Below, piece by piece: positions 29,401 to 40,058 of a DNA stretch of 64,000 nucleotides. The stretch comes from a virus. A program made the position numbers and the translations under genes. The notes under the pieces were generated by a model. That model saw nothing but the letters and a program-made list of their open reading frames with translations, was not told the DNA's origin and made no database searches. The DNA lies in the IMG/VR virus record IMGVR_UViG_3300011115_000708, positions 17,029 to 81,028 of that record; one strand, given 5' to 3'. Each line of letters starts with the position of its first letter. Positions within the stretch are counted from its first letter, which is position 1.

Positions 29401-31824
29401 TTATACTGGTTGGACAAAACGGATATTTGCCACCATATAGGCAAATGAAGCAAGTGGAGATGAGACATTGTTAATTGCTGCTCGCATACACGCACCAGAT
29501 CTAACATTAAGATTGTTATGAAGTCGATTGATTCCAGTAATGGATAATACTACCGTACCACCAATCGACAATTCACAACCGTAAGTAGATCCGCTAACCG
29601 TATTACGCAACTGGATATCATAAGCTTGTCCAGCAGTTATTTCAACAGCAGTAGAAGAAATTTTTGAAAATGCTCCATTTGAGGTAAATGCACCGTTGCC
29701 TGTTGACCCTACTAGATTAAAAGTCGTTGAAGTAACACCAGCAACTTCAAAAATTCCGTTTGCAGCAGTGTTACCACCTACGTTTACAACCTCAACAAAG
29801 TCACCATTTGCTAATCCGTGTGACGAGCAAGTGATTTGAATTGGAGATGCGTTTGTCGCTCCAGTAATAAAGTTTGACTCATAACCCGCTCTTACTTTAC
29901 CAATTACTCGCGCTTGATAAATTGTTGTGCTGCCAGATTTTTTGTTGAGCCGTATTCCAAAACCATTGCATCCAAATGCGGGAACAGTTAATCCACCAGC
30001 AAAAAGCTCTCCTACCGCAATGCGAAGAATATCATCTTCCGCAGTGCTACGAGCAAGTATTAGCTTGAAGTATACAGACCAAGGAATCGAGAAATCAATA
30101 ATAGTTCCATTTCCAGTTTCGGGAAAGTAGGTATAACTTTTGCCAGTCTCAACGATTGAAGGAGTCTGGATTATAATTCCGTACTGACTGCCAGCAGTAG
30201 TTCCTGCTGCGTATCCAACGACGTAAGTCGGCCCCGTATAACTTCCAATACCAATACCGTTTACCGCTGTGCTTATTGCAGAAGGTGTGGAGGTAACAGG
30301 AAACTCTGCGATTGTTTTGTATCGAGCATCCCCATCATTGCGGTTAATCAGATCAGTTGCTCCTGCTGTGCCAGTTACATTTACTGCTGTTGGGCGAGCG
30401 GTGTTCGTAAACGCTGCGGTTCCAGCAAATGTCTGGTTGCCAGAGAACGACTGGTTATTGGAGAGTGTTGCAGTCTGGCGAGTAGTGCCGTTGATCTGCA
30501 CAAACGATCCAGCAGTTGTAGTCCATACATCTCCATTTACAGGCGATGTTGGTGCTGCGCCGTGCGGCAGCTTTAAGTTGGCAGTAGTAGTAGTTGATGC
30601 AACAGTTGCCAGTATTCCACCAACATTCAAATTTTTTGTGATATAAGCTCCACCAGTCATCCGCAATGCGCCACTTGAAAATGACGTTGATTGCTCTGGA
30701 TTACTGAGCGAAACTATTTGGTTGAATGTCTGATCAGCAGTAAATGTCTGCGATTGATTGCTTAGAGCAATAGTTCCAGTTGCCCATGACGGAAATGAAT
30801 ATGAATAAGTACTTCCAATCGAATTAGAGAAATTGATTGATCTGTTTATGTTTAGCTCAATACTACCAGCAGTAGTTCCGATAGAGAAACTTCCACCAGC
30901 AACTCCACCTTCAGCAAATTCATCAAGTATTTGATCGTAAAGATTCAAATTTGATGCGCTAACATTTGTTGCTGATACATCTACTGCATTTACAGTATTA
31001 AAAGATGAATCGCCCAAATGATTTCTCAGTACTATAGTATCAATAGTTGCAGCAGAAGCAGCATCCGTAATATCTGTACTGACAAGATAACGATTTTCCC
31101 ACAGGGTAGCTCCACGCATCAATGCTTGTCCTTCAAGCGGAGTGGTGATGTCCACATCAGAAAGCTCGGTAAGCTCAAATCCATTCTGCACATGGACGTT
31201 AAGCTCAACGATCGTGTTGCCATTGATTCGGGTAATCACACCGAGATAGACTTGGTGGTAGGGAGCAGATGGTTTATTCGCCAATCCAAACAGCAGTCCA
31301 CCAGCAGTAGTTGGTGAGAGCCAGATCGGATCTCCCTCGACGATGCCTGTTGGCTTAGAGATGCTCACCGTCAATCGACCCTCGGTTACAACGTAGCCGA
31401 ACGCATTGTTGGCAAGTGTGGAGACGTTGATGCCGATCGTCTTGCTTGATGTCGCCTCAACGTCTGCCTTGGCGAGACCAATGATGATATTGGCTCCAGA
31501 CGCTCCAGTGACGTATACAGCTTGTCCAGCAGCGATTGATTGTCCTGCCTTGGCGTAAAGCTCGAGACCAGTTGCCTTGCCTTCCACATGAGGTGCTGTG
31601 ACCGTGCCAGTGAAGATTGGCGATGCGAGGTTGGCTTTTAGGTCAAGCGCAGTCTGGAGGTCGGTCTGGCTCGACAACGTGCCGGTAATCGATCCCCATG
31701 TATTGATGCCAGCAGCACCGGTTGGGCCTTGATTGATATAGACGATCGTTGGTTGATTGCCACCACCGATCAAGACCGAGGTAGGCCCAGAGAACGCTTC
31801 GATCTCAACAGTTTGAAGACTCAT
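29401..31824 (-). CDS. Tail fibre / receptor-binding protein
   Basis: WGSITGTLSSQTDLQTALD, LTELSDVDI, GALRMTGG repeats; FCCH-like ITGATNASP..HGL.NGD domain. Confidence 0.8.
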   Translation of the reverse strand: MSLQTVEIEAFSGPTSVLIGGGNQPTIVYINQGPTGAAGINTWGSITGTLSSQTDLQTALDLKANLASPIFTGTVTAPHVEGKATGLELYAKAGQSIAAGQAVYVTGASGANIIIGLAKADVEATSSKTIGINVSTLANNAFGYVVTEGRLTVSISKPTGIVEGDPIWLSPTTAGGLLFGLANKPSAPYHQVYLGVITRINGNTIVELNVHVQNGFELTELSDVDITTPLEGQALMRGATLWENRYLVSTDITDAASAATIDTIVLRNHLGDSSFNTVNAVDVSATNVSASNLNLYDQILDEFAEGGVAGGSFSIGTTAGSIELNINRSINFSNSIGSTYSYSFPSWATGTIALSNQSQTFTADQTFNQIVSLSNPEQSTSFSSGALRMTGGAYITKNLNVGGILATVASTTTTANLKLPHGAAPTSPVNGDVWTTTAGSFVQINGTTRQTATLSNNQSFSGNQTFAGTAAFTNTARPTAVNVTGTAGATDLINRNDGDARYKTIAEFPVTSTPSAISTAVNGIGIGSYTGPTYVVGYAAGTTAGSQYGIIIQTPSIVETGKSYTYFPETGNGTIIDFSIPWSVYFKLILARSTAEDDILRIAVGELFAGGLTVPAFGCNGFGIRLNKKSGSTTIYQARVIGKVRAGYESNFITGATNASPIQITCSSHGLANGDFVEVVNVGGNTAANGIFEVAGVTSTTFNLVGSTGNGAFTSNGAFSKISSTAVEITAGQAYDIQLRNTVSGSTYGCELSIGGTVVLSITGINRLHNNLNVRSGACMRAAINNVSSPLASFAYMVANIRFVQPV

Positions 31825-32159
31825 GCTGGTCGTGTTACGAGTTTGCGGAATTTAGCAGTGCCTCCTGCAATGAAGATCACGTTGCCGGTTGGAGTGTCGA
31901 GGACAACGTCCCAGTAGTAAGTGCCAGGATCGACCGCGAGAGTCTGCTCATCGGTCTTGCTTACCAAGATCACTCCGTTGTCCGGTGTTGGGATTGTCGG
32001 TGACAGGTCGAGGGTGACCGTGGACGAGGTAACGCTAGAACGGATCTGACCTCGGGCTGAGTAGCCGGTCAGCGGGAATGCCGCTCCTGTTTCGTCCTTG
32101 CATGAGAACGTCATTGTGAGCGTCTCTCCGCTGTAAAAGTCAAGATTCGTCCCCGCCAT
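31821..32159 (-). CDS. Small Ig-like baseplate/fibre adaptor (BppU-like)
   Basis: LTGYSARGQIR...YYWDV pattern. Confidence 0.65.
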   Translation of the reverse strand: MAGTNLDFYSGETLTMTFSCKDETGAAFPLTGYSARGQIRSSVTSSTVTLDLSPTIPTPDNGVILVSKTDEQTLAVDPGTYYWDVVLDTPTGNVIFIAGGTAKFRKLVTRPA

Positions 32160-32212
32160 GACGCATCGTTATCGTAAAGGAACCTAGATTGCAAGGGAGA
32201 CGAGGATCGTCT

Positions 32213-33487
32213 TCATTTCCAGAGCAGTGTTCCTTCGTGGATCTGCTGGATGATTCCATCGCTATCGCAATAGCTCAGAGGGATGTATTTGACGGTGCTT
32301 GTGTTGGCTGGCAGAGTTGGCTCAGAAAAAGGCCCACGAACCCCTGTGACGCTACCAGCCGCTAAGTCTAAGGCGATGAACGTGTAAAGCGAAAGTGGAG
32401 AAGCGGCATTGAGCTGTATTACAACTGAGAAGTCTTCACCGCTGTTGAATGTGTCTTTTCCGTAAGTGGTTGCAATATAGATTCCACTAGGGTCGATCAG
32501 CTTCGATTCAGCACGCTGGGCGATTACTGATCCATAGTCAGTTAGCGTTGCAATGCCAGAGTCATTGATGGCTACGTTGTATGTGCCATCAGTCCATTTT
32601 TGAGATGACACCTCGGTCATCTCTGTGGGAAATGACATTACGTCAGAGTAAGCTGAGAGTTCTGTGTAAACTGAACCACCTTCATAGACGACCTGAACAG
32701 TGAAGGGCAAGCCTCCGGTATTAAGTGAGTCTCCATAAGCTGTTGAAGTTCCTGTGAATGTATTTCTCCCAGATGGGGTAATGTAAGGAGGAGATGCCCC
32801 GCCAGGACATGACAATGTAAAATCCCAAGCAGTCCCCGCCAGCGGAGCTTCTACAATAACCTTCGCCCAAGTGGGTGATGCAGTCGTCTTCGTGAATGAC
32901 GCAGTACCAGAACCAGAAACTGATCCAGTATTGATGACTACAGAACCATTGTACTCAACCTTAAAGGTGTCTGGAATAGGGTTTGCCTCGTAATACAGGG
33001 TAACGACGCCAGTGTCTGCCCCTAGGTCTACGATGAACTCTCCACCGCCTACACCACCATTCTGCTGCGAGGCATTGCACGCTATTCTTCCGTAGATCGG
33101 AATTGATCCTGCTGGCGCGGTAAAGATTACGTCGTCTGAGTCTCTAAACTCAACAACTCCAGTAGATGCATTGATGGTCAAATTGAATGGCACATCGGTT
33201 CTTGAGCTTATGTCTTCAGAACTCCATGTTTGATTAGTGAACTGCTTCATCCATCCATATGGGATTGTTGAGTTGGGAGAGTTCTTGATGAATAGGTTCC
33301 TTCCCGACCCACCTGCAAATCGAGGTGCAAAAGTTGTGGCTGTAGTATCAGGGTCTGGCGATGCGGCTTGAACATCAGTTTTGCCAACGAAAAAGCTCCC
33401 AGTTGTCGCTGATGTGATGTCGATAACACTTCCAGTGTTTACCGTTAAGTCACCTATCGGGTCCCTGTTTATCGTGAATTGTGGCAT
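32213..33487 (-). CDS. Minor tail protein
   Basis: Thr/Ser/Gly beta-rich; IPDTFKVEYNG domain; position. Confidence 0.6.
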   Translation of the reverse strand: MPQFTINRDPIGDLTVNTGSVIDITSATTGSFFVGKTDVQAASPDPDTTATTFAPRFAGGSGRNLFIKNSPNSTIPYGWMKQFTNQTWSSEDISSRTDVPFNLTINASTGVVEFRDSDDVIFTAPAGSIPIYGRIACNASQQNGGVGGGEFIVDLGADTGVVTLYYEANPIPDTFKVEYNGSVVINTGSVSGSGTASFTKTTASPTWAKVIVEAPLAGTAWDFTLSCPGGASPPYITPSGRNTFTGTSTAYGDSLNTGGLPFTVQVVYEGGSVYTELSAYSDVMSFPTEMTEVSSQKWTDGTYNVAINDSGIATLTDYGSVIAQRAESKLIDPSGIYIATTYGKDTFNSGEDFSVVIQLNAASPLSLYTFIALDLAAGSVTGVRGPFSEPTLPANTSTVKYIPLSYCDSDGIIQQIHEGTLLWK

Positions 33488-33489
33488 GG

Positions 33490-35184
33490 TTAAACGTAGA
33501 CGATATTGTCCTGTGAGGTTTTTCTGATCTTGTCAACGATCGTTCGGTAGTCGTTTCGAGGAGGACATCCAAGGTTGATCGTAGTAGATCCTGTCTTAAT
33601 ATCAAGTATCTCGCTCTCAACAAGTGCGCCCATGGATGTGAATGCTGGCAGCGAGTTGCTGATGTTGATTCTATTGCCTCGGTATCTTGTGCCGCCAACG
33701 TCCTCTTGGACAAGATTGATTGATCCTTCGTACGGCAGCCAACTCTGTGCTGCTTGAAGGAATGCAGCGAGTCCTGCTGGCGGGAAGATGAAGGAGTAAT
33801 CTGATGGAGCGTACACGGTCCCGCCAGTTGCTGTAGTTGCCTTAACAGCCATGCTGAATGGCGTTGCTCTTATTAACAATGATCGATTTTCTGGGTAAGC
33901 ACCAGTCCCTTGAAATCCACTTGTATTTATTGACCAACCAATAGTTTTAGAAAAGTAATCATCAGGTATTGAGATTGATGGTGTTCCATACCCATTATCT
34001 CTGTATTGCGCCCAAATTAGCCAACCGCTTAGAGTGGCATCAATAACTGGGGTGGTTATCCATGAGGGAACTGAGGCAGTTGTTAGGATCTTGTATGTCG
34101 AATTGAGTTCTGTACCTTGTGCGTTTTTTAATGAGTTACCAGGTAATGAAAAGGCATTTAATGTTGCGTACCTTGCCTGACCAAACTCTTGTCTGATGTT
34201 CCATAGATTTGCTGCATAATACCCAAATCCAATTGGCATATGCGCAACACCGGCATTGGCTTTTGCAATATCAAGCATTTGGCTTGATGACCTGTCAACA
34301 ACGGTGATGTTGGCTGTGTCGTACTTGAAGTTTGGTAGGTAGGTATCAAGCTCAGGCCCAGAGATAGTCAGAACCTGCCTTGTTTCTCTAGGCCCAGATC
34401 CAGATTCCTGCTTGACGAATTGTGTGAGTCCAGTGCTAGATCTTGTGACGTATGGTAATGACACGTTCGACACTTGAAGCTCGATGATGGGATTGATGTC
34501 GATCGATGTAATCGGATCGGTTGCAGCATTGAATGTGACGGAGCCAGCACTTGCCGTCCTACGCTCAACGTACATTCTGGCTGGGGTTACCGAGTAGTCG
34601 AACCAGACCATAGTATCTGGCACAAGTCTCACAAGCTCAGATAGAACCTGCCCGCAGGTTGACTGGTTGAGCGTGATCCTCGGGAAGGTGGTCATCGTTG
34701 CGCAGTTTGATCCAGCACCGGTCGTAGCAACTGGAACTCCGAGTGCTGCACATCGGTCGATCACAGAGTGAATGCTTGTCCTTAGATCTTGACCAGTGGA
34801 CGCAGAGCCAAAGACTGCGCTCAATCGTTCAGCGGTGTTACCCGCGCCGTCCTGTAAGTTCGTTGTGAACCCAATGCGCTCCATCCACCACCAAGGCCCA
34901 GAGACGGTTACCTGGACTTGCTGTGAATCGCTGCTGATCGCGTTACGCACGTTGGTCACAGTGCCGTGGAAGAACTGTACACCATCACGATACAACGTCA
35001 TCGACTGCTTCAGTTCTGGGATCGTAGCCGAGGTGATCGCCTCTGGTGAAATCGAGAACGTGAAGGTGTCCTCGGCAAGAGACTTGAATGCAAGTTGCGC
35101 TGAGTCGATCTGAGCAGCCTCAAGAGAACGGACTGTTGCGTCGAACGTCTTCCCTGACTCTCCTTTGATTGTCCATGCGATCAT
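33490..35184 (-). CDS. Tail tip / hub protein
   Basis: Follows the tape measure gene; LYRDG..FF.G.V hub-type N-terminus. Confidence 0.65.
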   Translation of the reverse strand: MIAWTIKGESGKTFDATVRSLEAAQIDSAQLAFKSLAEDTFTFSISPEAITSATIPELKQSMTLYRDGVQFFHGTVTNVRNAISSDSQQVQVTVSGPWWWMERIGFTTNLQDGAGNTAERLSAVFGSASTGQDLRTSIHSVIDRCAALGVPVATTGAGSNCATMTTFPRITLNQSTCGQVLSELVRLVPDTMVWFDYSVTPARMYVERRTASAGSVTFNAATDPITSIDINPIIELQVSNVSLPYVTRSSTGLTQFVKQESGSGPRETRQVLTISGPELDTYLPNFKYDTANITVVDRSSSQMLDIAKANAGVAHMPIGFGYYAANLWNIRQEFGQARYATLNAFSLPGNSLKNAQGTELNSTYKILTTASVPSWITTPVIDATLSGWLIWAQYRDNGYGTPSISIPDDYFSKTIGWSINTSGFQGTGAYPENRSLLIRATPFSMAVKATTATGGTVYAPSDYSFIFPPAGLAAFLQAAQSWLPYEGSINLVQEDVGGTRYRGNRINISNSLPAFTSMGALVESEILDIKTGSTTINLGCPPRNDYRTIVDKIRKTSQDNIVYV

Positions 35185-36932
35185 CGTGCTGGTAAAGTAT
35201 TTGATTTCGTTGCTTGCAAGTTATCGAGCTTGCGATTGAGTGCATCGTAATCAAGTTTCATCTTGGAGAAATCAGTAATCATTCTGGTGATTACTTGAGT
35301 TTGACCACTATTTGCTTCATTGATTTTAGCAGATAGTGTTGCCAATGATGCAGCAGTTTGAGTTGCTTCGCCAACTTTGATCTCATGGTCAGCAACTGCT
35401 GTTTTGAGTTGCTCCATCGCTTGCTTCTCACCAGTTGTCTCTGGCTTTACACCATCAATCAATTTTGTGATTGTCTCAGCTTTTGCCTTTCCTTCTTCTT
35501 CAATCTTGGTAATGCTTGCAATTACATTATCTTGATTGAAGGTATTAGCGAGAGTTGTGAGTTGCATCGACACCTGTTGTGCCGTTGATTCAAAATTGGT
35601 CTTTGCGTTTTGGGATTCAACAAGTGCTATGTTTAAATCTTTAGTAAGAGATCCATTGTCACTTACTTGACTCTGAAGTTCTTTGATTGCTGCTTCAAGA
35701 ACAGGAATTCTTTGGACGAATTCTGGATTTTTCATTTCCCTTTGAGCATTCTTTGCAGCTTCGCTAGGGAATTGTGATCTAATAAGTCCTCCAATGGCAC
35801 CACCATATGATGCTGCTTTTGCTATTTCAGCTTGAGTAGCTTTTTGCTCAGATATATTTTGAAGAACTGTCAACTGGTTCTTTAAATTCTCAAGCTCCTT
35901 CTCGCTTTCAGATAGAATCTTTTGTTGTTCTGCGAATGCTTGAGTTTTCTGAGCAAGTGTATCATCTGCTGCTTTCTTTGTTTTTTCAGCAGCAGATTGC
36001 TTTGCTTTTTCTTCAGCAACCTTATTGTTGTACTCTTGCGTTCTTATCGCTTCATTCTCTGCTGCATAGAAATCGATGATCTGTTTTGGATCATAGGTCT
36101 TACCCATCATCTCCTGCAACTTGATCTGAGCAGCATTTAGCGATTTGGAGTTCTGCAATGCAGCAAGTGAAAATTCGCCTTCAGCTTTTGCGATTTCAAC
36201 GAATTTCTGTCTAAGTGCTTCTGCTATCGATTGAGAGTTAGACAATGCGGAATAACCCATATCGTAATCCTCACTCAATGTTTTTGCCGCAAGTGCTGCA
36301 CCTTCATCAATGGCTTTAGCTAGGAAGTCTGCGCGTTCCTTAGCCTTCTCCATCGAGTCACCAATGCCACTGAATACCTTGTATGCCACAAGACCAACAG
36401 CAACAAGCGCACCAGCGATTGCTCCTTGTGGCCCAAATGCTCCGAGGAACTGCGGAAGTTGTTGACCTAATGCAGTAAGTGCAGATGTTCCAGCAGATAC
36501 CTGTGTAGCAAAGTCAGCAACCTGGTAGCCTGCTTGTTGAACCTTGATTGCAGCACCTCTTGCTGATTTAGTTGAGGATACTGAATCTTCTCTTGCAGCA
36601 TTCTCTGCTGCTTTACTAGCCTTCTTTTCTTCTGCGGCTTGCAGTCGTTCTACTGCTGCTTGCTCACGCTTGAGTGCTGCCTCCTTGCGTTGAGATGCCA
36701 TCTCAGCCTGTTTGGCCTCACGTTCTGTCCTGCGTTGAGCAACTCCTGCTGCACGTTCGGCAGCAGCCTCTGCGCGTGCTTGACGAGCAGCATCACGTTC
36801 GGCCTTTGCTTGTGCCGTTGCCTCAGCCTTAGCTATTGCAGCCTCAGTCTGCTGAATGCTTTTCGTAGCCTTATCAGCACCAGACGTGTTTGCCGTGGTG
36901 TTGATGTTGATGTCAATTTTCTTGTTCGCCAT
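35181..36932 (-). CDS. Tape measure protein (583 aa)
   Basis: Helical, Ala-rich; GYQVADFATQV..GTS...ALGQQLPQ lambda-type motif. Confidence 0.85.
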   Translation of the reverse strand: MANKKIDININTTANTSGADKATKSIQQTEAAIAKAEATAQAKAERDAARQARAEAAAERAAGVAQRRTEREAKQAEMASQRKEAALKREQAAVERLQAAEEKKASKAAENAAREDSVSSTKSARGAAIKVQQAGYQVADFATQVSAGTSALTALGQQLPQFLGAFGPQGAIAGALVAVGLVAYKVFSGIGDSMEKAKERADFLAKAIDEGAALAAKTLSEDYDMGYSALSNSQSIAEALRQKFVEIAKAEGEFSLAALQNSKSLNAAQIKLQEMMGKTYDPKQIIDFYAAENEAIRTQEYNNKVAEEKAKQSAAEKTKKAADDTLAQKTQAFAEQQKILSESEKELENLKNQLTVLQNISEQKATQAEIAKAASYGGAIGGLIRSQFPSEAAKNAQREMKNPEFVQRIPVLEAAIKELQSQVSDNGSLTKDLNIALVESQNAKTNFESTAQQVSMQLTTLANTFNQDNVIASITKIEEEGKAKAETITKLIDGVKPETTGEKQAMEQLKTAVADHEIKVGEATQTAASLATLSAKINEANSGQTQVITRMITDFSKMKLDYDALNRKLDNLQATKSNTLPAR

Positions 36933-36933
36933 C

Positions 36934-37725
36934 TTATGGTGAGGTGAGTCGTCCTTTGACTGAGGTATTCAAGATCACTGATGTGCCGATCTGGGTAACT
37001 GCCACATCGACGCTGGCATCGTAGAAAAGCATATCGTTCATCAATGTCCATTCTGATGCTGCTGTTGTAGATGCTGATGTTGGAGCAGCAGTAATTCCAG
37101 TGCAAGTCCCATTTGCAATCGCTATATTCAATGTTGAATCATTTGCAGCATATGGACTCTTGCGAGTAAGCACAAGATCTGCTCCAGTTCCACTCACATT
37201 AAAATATTGCTGGACTGGAGGATATGTTAAAAAAAACAATCTTACAGTTTCCATCCATTGGGATGGTGTTTGATTAACAGTAACGGGAATTGAAAAAATA
37301 AATGACGCAAAATCAAGACCTGCTCCTGTTAAAGTAACATAAGCATTACCTGCTCCTGTAATAGTACCTAATCCAGTTGCAGTCTCGACTTGGCGCGTCC
37401 CCATTGTTGTTGGGTATGGTTGGCTGAGTCTCACAGTCAATCCAGACTGATTCGATAATCGAACCGGCATGGTCTGCACGAAGTAAGAAACCCAGCGTTG
37501 ATACTGATATGACGATCCATCGATAAGTTGGAACCTCGATGTGAACGAGGCAGATACCATCGTGCCAGGACGAAAGAACTGACGACCATATGTCCCGCCA
37601 ATGTACGAGACATCTTGGAAGCTGTAGTTGCTGCTGATGTTGAGACCAGATGTCTCTGCGCCTTGACCTTGATCCCATCCGGCAAGGTCAATTATCTTAT
37701 CTCCTATGAATGCGGCTGCATACAT
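36934..37725 (-). CDS. Tail-associated protein
   Basis: Lies between tail tube and tape measure genes; beta-rich. Confidence 0.5.
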   Translation of the reverse strand: MYAAAFIGDKIIDLAGWDQGQGAETSGLNISSNYSFQDVSYIGGTYGRQFFRPGTMVSASFTSRFQLIDGSSYQYQRWVSYFVQTMPVRLSNQSGLTVRLSQPYPTTMGTRQVETATGLGTITGAGNAYVTLTGAGLDFASFIFSIPVTVNQTPSQWMETVRLFFLTYPPVQQYFNVSGTGADLVLTRKSPYAANDSTLNIAIANGTCTGITAAPTSASTTAASEWTLMNDMLFYDASVDVAVTQIGTSVILNTSVKGRLTSP

Positions 37726-37727
37726 TA

Positions 37728-38639
37728 TTAGACTGCTGCAATCGTGAACAATGCGTTCGGAACTCCAGAAGTGAACGTGCGCTTCGCTGCCATCGTCAAC
37801 TTGCCAAGGCGATTCTCAGTTGGTGAGAATCTGCGATCGATGCTGATGATTTGCACCGTAGCATCGTAGTTGAGACCACCAGTTACGCTTGTCGAAACGT
37901 CTAGTGTGACCGCTGATAACTCCTCACCGGCATCGAGTGAGTCGAAGTAGGTATCAAAGAACGAAGAACTCACACCAATCGGTGTACAACTGATCGTTGA
38001 TCCGATATTGCCAAGTGCCATCGTGACGGTTCCAATTCCATCGACAACCACTGGAGTCAATGCAAGATCAAATGAGATCTCGAATCCATCAGACGAATAG
38101 AATGGCGTTCCAGCGGCAAGAGTTGCAGCGTAGGGAGCAGCAATAATCAATGCTGGATCAAATGCTGTTCCAATTGAGTTCCCACCAGTACCAACGTAGG
38201 TATAGTACGATGTGAGAGCATTTGGGTTAGCCGAATTCTTGACTAGGCCGGTGAACTGAACCGATCCAAGTTGCGTATTGTTTGCCGTGCAGCGCAGTGT
38301 CGGCAGCTTGGTGATCGCGGCGTTGTGGATCGTATAAATTGCATCAACCGAGGTGATTACAAGTGCCTTATCGCTTGCTCCGTAGATCGATGTGCCAATC
38401 GTAGTATTTCCGTATGGGAAGAGAGTTGTGAGTGCTTCGATCTCGCCAACTGGCTCAAACTCGATAACGACCTGCATATCGGTCTTGGACTTGCCAACCA
38501 TACCATAAGCATCGACTTCCTTATCGAAGGTCGATTGGTTCATGGTGAGAGTCACTCCACCTTTAGAGTAGAAGGTTGCAGAATCGTAAACGATCTTGCA
38601 TGGGCCGCGAACAATGGTAGTGCGATCAAAAGTTGCCAT
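37728..38639 (-). CDS. Major tail (tube) protein
   Basis: IVRGP...SKGGV N-terminus; position after tail terminator. Confidence 0.7.
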   Translation of the reverse strand: MATFDRTTIVRGPCKIVYDSATFYSKGGVTLTMNQSTFDKEVDAYGMVGKSKTDMQVVIEFEPVGEIEALTTLFPYGNTTIGTSIYGASDKALVITSVDAIYTIHNAAITKLPTLRCTANNTQLGSVQFTGLVKNSANPNALTSYYTYVGTGGNSIGTAFDPALIIAAPYAATLAAGTPFYSSDGFEISFDLALTPVVVDGIGTVTMALGNIGSTISCTPIGVSSSFFDTYFDSLDAGEELSAVTLDVSTSVTGGLNYDATVQIISIDRRFSPTENRLGKLTMAAKRTFTSGVPNALFTIAAV

Positions 38640-38644
38640 AATAC

Positions 38645-39124
38645 TTATCTAGTTGGGGATGTGTTGCTTAGTCCGATTGGAATTGTGAATGAGACTGCTT
38701 GCTGAAGCATTGAATCATTCGATTGCTGTGAAACTGAGTTGAAGAGCATAACACCACCGGAGAGAGGTTGATCATCAGCATCCATCGGTTGAGTGTGATG
38801 GATGATGCGGCATACTGCCTCAGCGATCTCGGTTGCGCTAGGAACTTTCGCTGCCTTAGACCTCCAAACTGATGGTATTTCAGAGACTGTCACTCTGAAC
38901 TTCGCATCTGACAAGTATGGGCCAGGCGTGTTCTGACTGTCGGTCTCTGCTGACTCGAAATTGACAAGAACGAATGCACCGGCAGTCTGCATCGCGTTGA
39001 GGATGGATTTCTCGACATCCTTGTGATCCTCGACGAGTACTGGGATCTTTGGTGCTGTTCTAAAGTAGTCGTGAGTTGCGAGGGTCTCAGCAATGCTCTC
39101 GACGATTTGACGTATGATGGTCAT
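38645..39124 (-). CDS. Tail terminator / completion protein
   Basis: Size and position between adaptor and tube. Confidence 0.55.
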   Translation of the reverse strand: MTIIRQIVESIAETLATHDYFRTAPKIPVLVEDHKDVEKSILNAMQTAGAFVLVNFESAETDSQNTPGPYLSDAKFRVTVSEIPSVWRSKAAKVPSATEIAEAVCRIIHHTQPMDADDQPLSGGVMLFNSVSQQSNDSMLQQAVSFTIPIGLSNTSPTR

Positions 39125-39573
39125 GGTGCGCTTGTGAAGTCCATGAGTGCCGCTCCACCGTATCTGAACGGTGACGAGCTTGAGTAGGCAAATGCGGACG
39201 ATCCAGCGTCATCTGAATCGGCATCGTTCTTCGATAGGTCGTCCAGATAGTTCTCAGCAGACTCAACCGAGATCTTGCGATCTTCACCATTGAACTCAGC
39301 GAGTGATGGGAATGCTTCCGAGAGGAGACGACGAGCAAGTGCGTAGCCGTGTCTGTGCGCCCCAGGAGGGACGTAGAGACCCGTGTTGGTAACTTGTACC
39401 AGTCCACGCTTTCTACGTCCCGCATTGACCCGTGAGACAATCTCTTGGGCGATCTGCCCGAGGATGTCGTTTAGTTTGGTTTCTGGCGTTGGTGACTCTG
39501 CAAGTAATGCTTCAAACTCGTCAGATGCGAGTCTGTCCTTGATGCCATCAATAGTCAGTAGAGTCCAAGCCAT
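39121..39573 (-). CDS. Head-tail adaptor (Mu gp36-like)
   Basis: Helical; R....A..YL.DL pattern; follows capsid genes. Confidence 0.6.
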   Translation of the reverse strand: MAWTLLTIDGIKDRLASDEFEALLAESPTPETKLNDILGQIAQEIVSRVNAGRRKRGLVQVTNTGLYVPPGAHRHGYALARRLLSEAFPSLAEFNGEDRKISVESAENYLDDLSKNDADSDDAGSSAFAYSSSSPFRYGGAALMDFTSAP

Positions 39574-39583
39574 ATAAAAGAGT

Positions 39584-39625
39584 GCCTCGGACTAGGGGAA
39601 AAACGACAAAACCCTAATCCGAGGC
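39584..39625 (-). terminator. Hairpin after the capsid genes
   Basis: GCCTCGGATTAGGG/CCCTAGTCCGAGGC stem then ACTCTTTT. Confidence 0.6.
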
Positions 39626-39637
39626 TATATTTGTTCC

Positions 39638-40039
39638 TTAGAACAAGAGTTTAGCTACCATGTTGCCAGCAATCGTTCCAGCACTTAGAGTCATCGTTTG
39701 CGCGATGCGAACATAGCGTCGAGTGTTTGCAGGAACGCGGAAGCGAATAGTCTTAGCTGCAACTCCGACACCACCAGCGGCAGTTTGAGTTGTAGAGATT
39801 GCAGGATCTACAGCAGCAAAGGTCACATTATCAGCACTGTCTTCCAGTGCGTAAGTGATAATTTTTGCGTTAGTAATTCCAGAAGAAGCAGGAGCAGAAA
39901 GCTCGAAAACGACTTTCTCTACATCGCCACCAATGACCTGTTCAAGGTCAAAGCCAGCGGTGTTTGCTCCAGCTTGAGCGATTGCGACCGTACTTGTAAA
40001 AGCAGCGTCTTGATTATTGCGATTGAATTCGTATGCCAT
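39638..40039 (-). CDS. Capsid decoration/cement protein
   Basis: LEDSADN.TF...RRYVR; directly after the major capsid gene. Confidence 0.65.
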   Translation of the reverse strand: MAYEFNRNNQDAAFTSTVAIAQAGANTAGFDLEQVIGGDVEKVVFELSAPASSGITNAKIITYALEDSADNVTFAAVDPAISTTQTAAGGVGVAAKTIRFRVPANTRRYVRIAQTMTLSAGTIAGNMVAKLLF

Positions 40040-40058
40040 ATAGGTGTTCTATTTAGAG

